64,000 bases of DNA from Pseudohongiellaceae bacterium (GTDB lineage Bacteria; Pseudomonadota; Gammaproteobacteria; Pseudomonadales; Pseudohongiellaceae): the NCBI GenBank assembly GCA_047617605.1, contig JBLGBJ010000008.1, forward strand, positions 17,866-81,865, written 5' to 3'. The notes below the pieces were generated by a model that saw nothing but the letters and a program-made list of their open reading frames with translations, was not told the origin of the DNA and did not search any database. The number at the start of each line of letters is the position of its first letter. Position 1 is the stretch's first letter. Position numbers and translations under genes: made by a program. Shown here one piece after another: positions 59,236 to 64,000 of this stretch.

Positions 59236-60450
59236 ATGAACTCATCACTTACACCTGTAGACCTAGCCTTTGCACATTTGTTAAGGACGCTAAAGCCCGT
59301 TACCGAAGACGAAGATATTCCTGTCGAAGAGGCTTTAGGGCGAGTTCTGGCTTGGGAAAACGTAGCGCAGATAAATGTGCCGCCCCATGCCAGCAGCGCA
59401 ATGGATGGCTATGCGGTGCTGGCCAAAGACACTAATCAAGCCCCGCAGCAATTAGCTGTAACGCAGCGTATTGCTGCGGGGCAGGTGGGCACAGATTTAT
59501 CATCTGGACAGGCTGCTCGAATATTTACTGGTGCACCTATGCCGCCTGGTGCTGATGCCGTGGTGATGCAAGAAAACTGTAGTGCCGGCGACGGTAATCT
59601 TACCGTTTTGCAAACCGCAAAGCCCGGCGAGAATCTGCGTAAGGCTGGAGAGGATATTGAGACAGGGGTGATACTATTTCGTCAAGGGCATAGACTTCGA
59701 GCTCAAGATTTAGGTGTGTTGGCATCCACTGGTCAGGCGGAGATACGGGTCCGCCGGAAACTTAAAGTTGCATTGTTAACCACTGGCGATGAGATAATTC
59801 AGCCAGGTGCGAAACCACTTCCAGGACAAATTTACAATTCAAATTATTTCACGCTGCGCGCCCTGCTTGAATCCTTGCAAGTAGAAGTCTTGGATATGGG
59901 TGTGCTTAAAGATGATTTAGAATCCACTCAGACAATGCTTGAAGTCGCTTCAAAATCTGTAGATTGTATTGTGACCACCGGCGGTGTTTCCGTAGGTGAG
60001 GAAGATCATGTCCGAGCGGCTGTTGAGGCGCTTGGTAGAATTGAACTTTGGAAGTTGGCTATTAAGCCGGGCAAGCCTTTTGCTAGTGGAAAGGTTGGCA
60101 ATGCACAGTTTTTCGGACTGCCTGGAAACCCCGTGTCAGCGTTTGTAACTTTTGCGTTATTGGTAAGACCTTCTTTGTTGAAGATGCTGGGCTGCCAAAA
60201 TATTGGCTTTCAATCGTTTTTTATAAAGGCGGGGTTTTCAGCACCCGAGTCTGGCGCGCGACAAGAATATCTTCGGGTGTCTTTAAATGAATCCGACGGT
60301 GAGACGACTTTGGCCCCTTATGCAAACCAAAGCTCGGGGGTTAGTGTATCACTCAGCCACGCTGATGGCTTAGCTGTAGTGCCGCCGCATACCGAAGTAA
60401 AGGTTGGTGCATCGCTTCGATTTATTCCTTTTTCTGAACTTCTTAACTAA
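59236..60450 (+). CDS. moeA: molybdopterin molybdotransferase
   Basis: 404 aa. MoeA signatures SAMDGYA, IFTGAPMPPGADAVVMQE, TTGGVSVGEEDH and LPGNPVSA. Confidence 0.9.
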   Translation: MNSSLTPVDLAFAHLLRTLKPVTEDEDIPVEEALGRVLAWENVAQINVPPHASSAMDGYAVLAKDTNQAPQQLAVTQRIAAGQVGTDLSSGQAARIFTGAPMPPGADAVVMQENCSAGDGNLTVLQTAKPGENLRKAGEDIETGVILFRQGHRLRAQDLGVLASTGQAEIRVRRKLKVALLTTGDEIIQPGAKPLPGQIYNSNYFTLRALLESLQVEVLDMGVLKDDLESTQTMLEVASKSVDCIVTTGGVSVGEEDHVRAAVEALGRIELWKLAIKPGKPFASGKVGNAQFFGLPGNPVSAFVTFALLVRPSLLKMLGCQNIGFQSFFIKAGFSAPESGARQEYLRVSLNESDGETTLAPYANQSSGVSVSLSHADGLAVVPPHTEVKVGASLRFIPFSELLN

Positions 60451-60460
60451 TGGACCTTGT

Positions 60461-61201
60461 ATGCTCGGTTTGAGATTTGCTCTATTGCCTTTGCTGCTAT
60501 GCGTTCTGCTGATTGGCTGCAGTAGTCCTGTCGGTTTGACTGAGGGTGGAGCTAAACGGTCTGGGGAAAGGATCAAAGACCCTCAAATTAGAGTGATTTC
60601 AAGCGCTGAAGTATTTGTTGGAAGCGGTGGCAGTAGAAAAATATCGACGCCGGACCTTCTCTATGCAGCCTTACAGGCTTTAGATGCCGATAGATTGCTT
60701 ACCCCGGTCGATGATAGCGCTCATGCTAAATTCATGCGGGTTCTTGCTACTGAGCCCAATAACGTAATTGCCCTTGATGGCATCCAAAACATAACCTTAC
60801 GTTATTTGCAGCTCGCCGAAGAGGCTATGCGGCGCGGGCTCTTCGTAGAATCAGAAACGATGCTTGATCGTGCCCGGTTTGTTGATCAGGATCATCCTGG
60901 CATAGCTGGAGTAGAGCTGGCTTTAACGGCAGAGATGAAGTCAAATGATCTATTCTTCAGTTTTGATGCTGCCGAAATGACAGATCGAAGCGCACAGACA
61001 CAGCAACGGCTGCAAGAAATTGCCGTTCAAGCAAAACAAGCAGAGGCATTCTTTCTTATTACGGCACCCAATGACGAGCTGGCACGTTGGATGTTCAGTG
61101 TCATGAGAGAGGCCGTATCGGGGTATCGATTACGCGGCAACATCGAACTTGCTGGTCGAACCAGTATTCGTTTGCGGATGCCGACTGAGGCGGAGCAATA
61201 A
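60461..61201 (+). CDS. lipoprotein of unknown function
   Basis: The ATG at 60461 gives the signal plus lipobox MLGLRFALLPLLLCVLLIGCSS. The stop abuts the next gene (TAAATG). The track ORF starts earlier, inside moeA. Confidence 0.6.
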   Translation: MLGLRFALLPLLLCVLLIGCSSPVGLTEGGAKRSGERIKDPQIRVISSAEVFVGSGGSRKISTPDLLYAALQALDADRLLTPVDDSAHAKFMRVLATEPNNVIALDGIQNITLRYLQLAEEAMRRGLFVESETMLDRARFVDQDHPGIAGVELALTAEMKSNDLFFSFDAAEMTDRSAQTQQRLQEIAVQAKQAEAFFLITAPNDELARWMFSVMREAVSGYRLRGNIELAGRTSIRLRMPTEAEQ

Positions 61202-62251
61202 ATGATAATTGAACAAGCACAGACAAGCCGGTGGCAGCGTTTTAAAGAAAAGCTCAATCCAAGTAACGGAGGCTTTAGGAAACTGATTTTATTAGCCTTT
61301 GTCCTGCTTGTGAGTTGGGTATTGTTGATTGGGGTGTACTGGAGCGGTGAGCCAGATCCATTTTCAGTGAGCGACAACGTATCAGATAAGCTAGCGGTCT
61401 CAGGTAACAGTATCGTTACCGGGACTTTGGTGACTGCTACGTTAATAAAAGTGTCAGAGACTATGTTAGATAAATCTGGTGGCTATTTGAGTAACGACGT
61501 GATGCCGCCGGGGCTCTATCTAGATAATATACCCAGTTGGGAGCTAGGGGTTTTAAAACAGGTTCGTGATCTGTCTAGGTCATTGAGAGAAGGATTCAGT
61601 CGTTCTCAGTCCCAGTCTACAGAAGATCCAGATTTACAAATAGCCTTTCCAAGATTCAGTGTTGATAATACAAGCTGGTTATTTCCGGCCGCTGAATCTG
61701 AGTACCGGGTTGCTATAAATAGCCTTTATTCTTACCTTTCGAGAATCTCAGACCCTAGCAATGCGGATGCTCAGTTCTATGCCAGGGCAGACAATTTGGC
61801 GAGCTGGCTATTATACGTTGAATTAAGTTTGGGAAGCCTTTCGCAAAACTTAAGCGAATCTGTCGGCCAGCAGAAAATTAATACCAATACAGCTGGTGAG
61901 AACGGGGCTGCACAATCCACCCCCACTCCAAATGAGCAGAAAAGAAAGACAGCTTGGCTAGAAATTGACGATGTTTTTTATGAGGCGCGAGGTGCGACTT
62001 GGGCGATTATGCATTTCCTCAAAGCTGTTGAGCTAGATTTTGAAGATGTGCTGGCTGATAAAAATGCTACCGCTAGTCTTCGGCAAATAATAAGAGAGAT
62101 GGAAGAAAGCCAGCGGCCGCTTTTTTTCCCAGTCATTTTAAATGGCTCTGGTTTTGGGGTTTTTGCAAATCATTCATTAACCATGGCGAATTATATTTCT
62201 AGGGCGAATGCGGCGATCATAGATTTACGCCGTTTGCTTGAGCGGGGATAA
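61202..62251 (+). CDS. DUF2333-family membrane-anchored protein
   Basis: 349 aa. One N-terminal TM helix. The conserved block MLDKSGGYLSNDVMPPGLYLDNIPSWELGVL matches my recollection of DUF2333. Confidence 0.7.
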   Translation: MIIEQAQTSRWQRFKEKLNPSNGGFRKLILLAFVLLVSWVLLIGVYWSGEPDPFSVSDNVSDKLAVSGNSIVTGTLVTATLIKVSETMLDKSGGYLSNDVMPPGLYLDNIPSWELGVLKQVRDLSRSLREGFSRSQSQSTEDPDLQIAFPRFSVDNTSWLFPAAESEYRVAINSLYSYLSRISDPSNADAQFYARADNLASWLLYVELSLGSLSQNLSESVGQQKINTNTAGENGAAQSTPTPNEQKRKTAWLEIDDVFYEARGATWAIMHFLKAVELDFEDVLADKNATASLRQIIREMEESQRPLFFPVILNGSGFGVFANHSLTMANYISRANAAIIDLRRLLERG

Positions 62252-62356
62252 TTTTTTCTGCGTTACCAAATTTATTTTACCGTCAATGCAATGACAACTA
62301 ACAAGAATAATAATTGTAAAAAAGCTGCATGCTGATACTGATGTCCTAGCTATACA

Positions 62357-62392
62357 GATAAAGATCGCTTGGCTATAGCAGTGATCTTTATC
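62357..62392. promoter_or_regulatory. 10-bp perfect inverted repeat upstream of the SulP gene
   Basis: GATAAAGATC (62357-62366) / GATCTTTATC (62383-62392), separated by 16 nt and ending 34 nt before the TTG at 62426. Confidence 0.35.
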
Positions 62393-62425
62393 TCGATATA
62401 AACCTGAATTAAATAAGAGAATAAA

Positions 62426-64000
62426 TTGGCTAAAAAATCCCTCATAGCTCGTTATATTCCTATGAGCCGCTGGGCGTCTCATTATACTGGCGCTAATTTA
62501 ATGGATGATTCTGTCGCTGCCTTTATAGTGGCGATTATGCTCATACCTCAATCGCTAGGCCTTGCTTTGGTTGCAGGCCTTCCTCCAGAAACGGGGCTTT
62601 ATGCCAGTATTTTTGGGCTGGCGGTTTATTCAGTATTTGGTACCAGCAATACCCTATCTGTGGCGCCAGTGGCTGTTATTTCATTAATGACAGCCGCGGC
62701 ACTTGCAAAACTGCCAATAGAAGATCCGGCCGAAATTTTAAATGCTGCTTTCGTTTTAGCCTTGCTCTCTGGCATTGGCTTGTTTTTCCTCGGCCTATTT
62801 CGGCTTGGCTTTATGGCAAACTTTCTGTCGTATCCGGTCATCAGTGCTTTTGTAACAGCATCCGCTCTCATAATTGGGATGACTCAGTTGGAGCATCTAT
62901 TTGGTATAGAAAGCGAGGGTCATAACTTAATAGGCCTGGGGCTGTCTTTACTTGAATCAATACACGAAACTAATTTAATCGCGCTCGGTCTTGGGATTGT
63001 CTCAATAGGATTTATTATTTGGTGCAAGGCTAAAATGGAATGGCTGCTAGTGAAGGTTGGATTGCCAAGTTATTTCGCAAAGGTGGTGTCCAGAACGGGG
63101 CCTGTCTTTATTGTAATCGCATCAAGTTTAGCGGCTTATATTTGGCGGCTGGATTTACATGGGCTTCAATTGTTGGGAGAAATCCCTAGCGGCATACCAA
63201 AATTTCAGGTCCCACTGATCGACACAGATCTGCTTAGCAGCCTGATAGGCTCAGCGGCATTGATCGCAATTATTGGTTTCGTAGAATCGATATCGGTTGC
63301 CCAAACAATGGCGGCAAAGCGCCGCGAACGAATCGATCTTGATCAAGAGCTAGTCGGTCTTGGCAGTGCCAATATAGTCACGTCTTTTTTTGGTGGTTTT
63401 CCTGTTAGCGGCGGATTTTCTCGCTCGGTAGTAAACTTTGATGCAGGCGCTGCGACACCTGCGGCGGGTTTGATTACGGCAATACTGGTAACTGTGGTTG
63501 CATCGTTTTTCACTCCACTTTTGTTTTGGTTACCGAAAGTTAGCCTAGCGGCGATAATTTTAGTTGCGGTCATTCCACTTATTGATTTTTCTATGTTGCG
63601 CAAATCGTGGCAGTATTCCAAAGCGGATTTTACGGCAGTTTTTTTCACTTTAACCCTGACTTTATTGGTGGGTGTGGAATTCGGAATCGCAGCGGGTGTA
63701 TTAGCCTCAGTACTGATTCATTTGTACAAAACATCACAACCTCATGTGGCGGTGGTTGGCCGGGTGGCGGGCTCTGAACATTTTCGTAATGTTAAACGCC
63801 ATAACGTGGAGACTTTTGAAAACCTTCTTTCTATAAGAATCGACGAAAGCCTTTATTTCGCTAACACTCGTTACCTAGAAGAGCTTATCTTCAAGCTGGT
63901 TTCAAAGCGGTCAAAAGTTGAGCATGTGATCCTGATGTTTACAGCCGTTAACGCGGTTGATATGAGTGCCTTGGAAACTTTAACGAAAATCAACGATACC
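62426..64000 (+). CDS. SulP-family anion (sulfate) permease with C-terminal STAS domain, 3' end outside window
   Basis: The frame is open from 62426 (TTG; alternative ATG at 62462) to the window end, so it is absent from the ORF track. N-terminus ...RYIPMSRWASHYTG..., SulP motifs PQSLGLALVAGLPPETGLYAS and FFGGFPVSGGFSRS, and the start of a STAS domain (HVILMFTAVNAVDMSALETL). Confidence 0.9.
   Translation, partial: MAKKSLIARYIPMSRWASHYTGANLMDDSVAAFIVAIMLIPQSLGLALVAGLPPETGLYASIFGLAVYSVFGTSNTLSVAPVAVISLMTAAALAKLPIEDPAEILNAAFVLALLSGIGLFFLGLFRLGFMANFLSYPVISAFVTASALIIGMTQLEHLFGIESEGHNLIGLGLSLLESIHETNLIALGLGIVSIGFIIWCKAKMEWLLVKVGLPSYFAKVVSRTGPVFIVIASSLAAYIWRLDLHGLQLLGEIPSGIPKFQVPLIDTDLLSSLIGSAALIAIIGFVESISVAQTMAAKRRERIDLDQELVGLGSANIVTSFFGGFPVSGGFSRSVVNFDAGAATPAAGLITAILVTVVASFFTPLLFWLPKVSLAAIILVAVIPLIDFSMLRKSWQYSKADFTAVFFTLTLTLLVGVEFGIAAGVLASVLIHLYKTSQPHVAVVGRVAGSEHFRNVKRHNVETFENLLSIRIDESLYFANTRYLEELIFKLVSKRSKVEHVILMFTAVNAVDMSALETLTKINDT

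Noticed and set aside
1-64000. Window-wide look for CRISPR arrays, tRNA/rRNA genes, transposases, integrases, prophage or toxin-antitoxin/defence modules
   Set aside because: I recognised no regularly spaced direct repeats, cloverleaf-like sequences in the gaps, DDE or tyrosine-recombinase motifs, or defence-gene signatures. The window appears to be core-like chromosome.

Overview
This 64 kb window looks like ordinary chromosome from a Gram-negative bacterium. A marine gammaproteobacterium is my inference, based on the many TonB-dependent receptors, the beta-propeller phytase paired with a TBDR, and the divergent uvrA/ssb pair. I support about 50 protein genes. I saw no rRNA, tRNA, CRISPR array, transposase or integrase.

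Content by region:
- Phosphate scavenging: alkaline phosphatase, a secreted metallophosphoesterase, and a beta-propeller phytase with an adjacent TonB-dependent receptor. Several of these have Pho-box-like repeats phased at 11 nt upstream.
- Nucleoside salvage: udk-nupC converging on cdd and a 2OG-Fe(II) oxygenase.
- Sulfite dehydrogenase: a SorAB/SoxCD-like pair.
- An oxidoreductase cluster: thiolase-like, SDR, GAPDH, SDR, ThDP enzyme, ALDH.
- Two intact hybrid histidine kinases plus one decayed paralog.
- A Tat-exported molybdoenzyme of the xanthine dehydrogenase family (PaoABC-like), plus ModF-like and MoeA genes.
- An M14 carboxypeptidase beside an Oar-like TBDR.
- Housekeeping genes: kefC-like, hemH, uvrA, ssb, and a 3'-truncated SulP permease.

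Most notable observations:
1. A SelW/Rdx-like selenoprotein gene (2004-2243) that the ORF track misses. It has an in-frame TGA inside a CxxU motif and a SECIS-like hairpin just downstream.
2. Seven perfect copies of the heptamer CCCTAAA, about 20 nt upstream of a secreted phosphatase-like gene.
3. A G10 tract in a divergent promoter region.
4. Clear gene decay: a hybrid kinase with three in-frame stops and a frameshift, a VOC gene with an internal deletion, and a relic of a TBDR 3' end.
5. A secreted protein combining a thioredoxin-like domain, a CXXCH heme motif and a PHM/DBH-like copper monooxygenase domain.
6. A 2OG oxygenase translationally coupled to cytidine deaminase.

I found no defence island or other multi-gene system that looks obviously new. 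All functional calls rest on motif recognition by eye, because no database search was possible.
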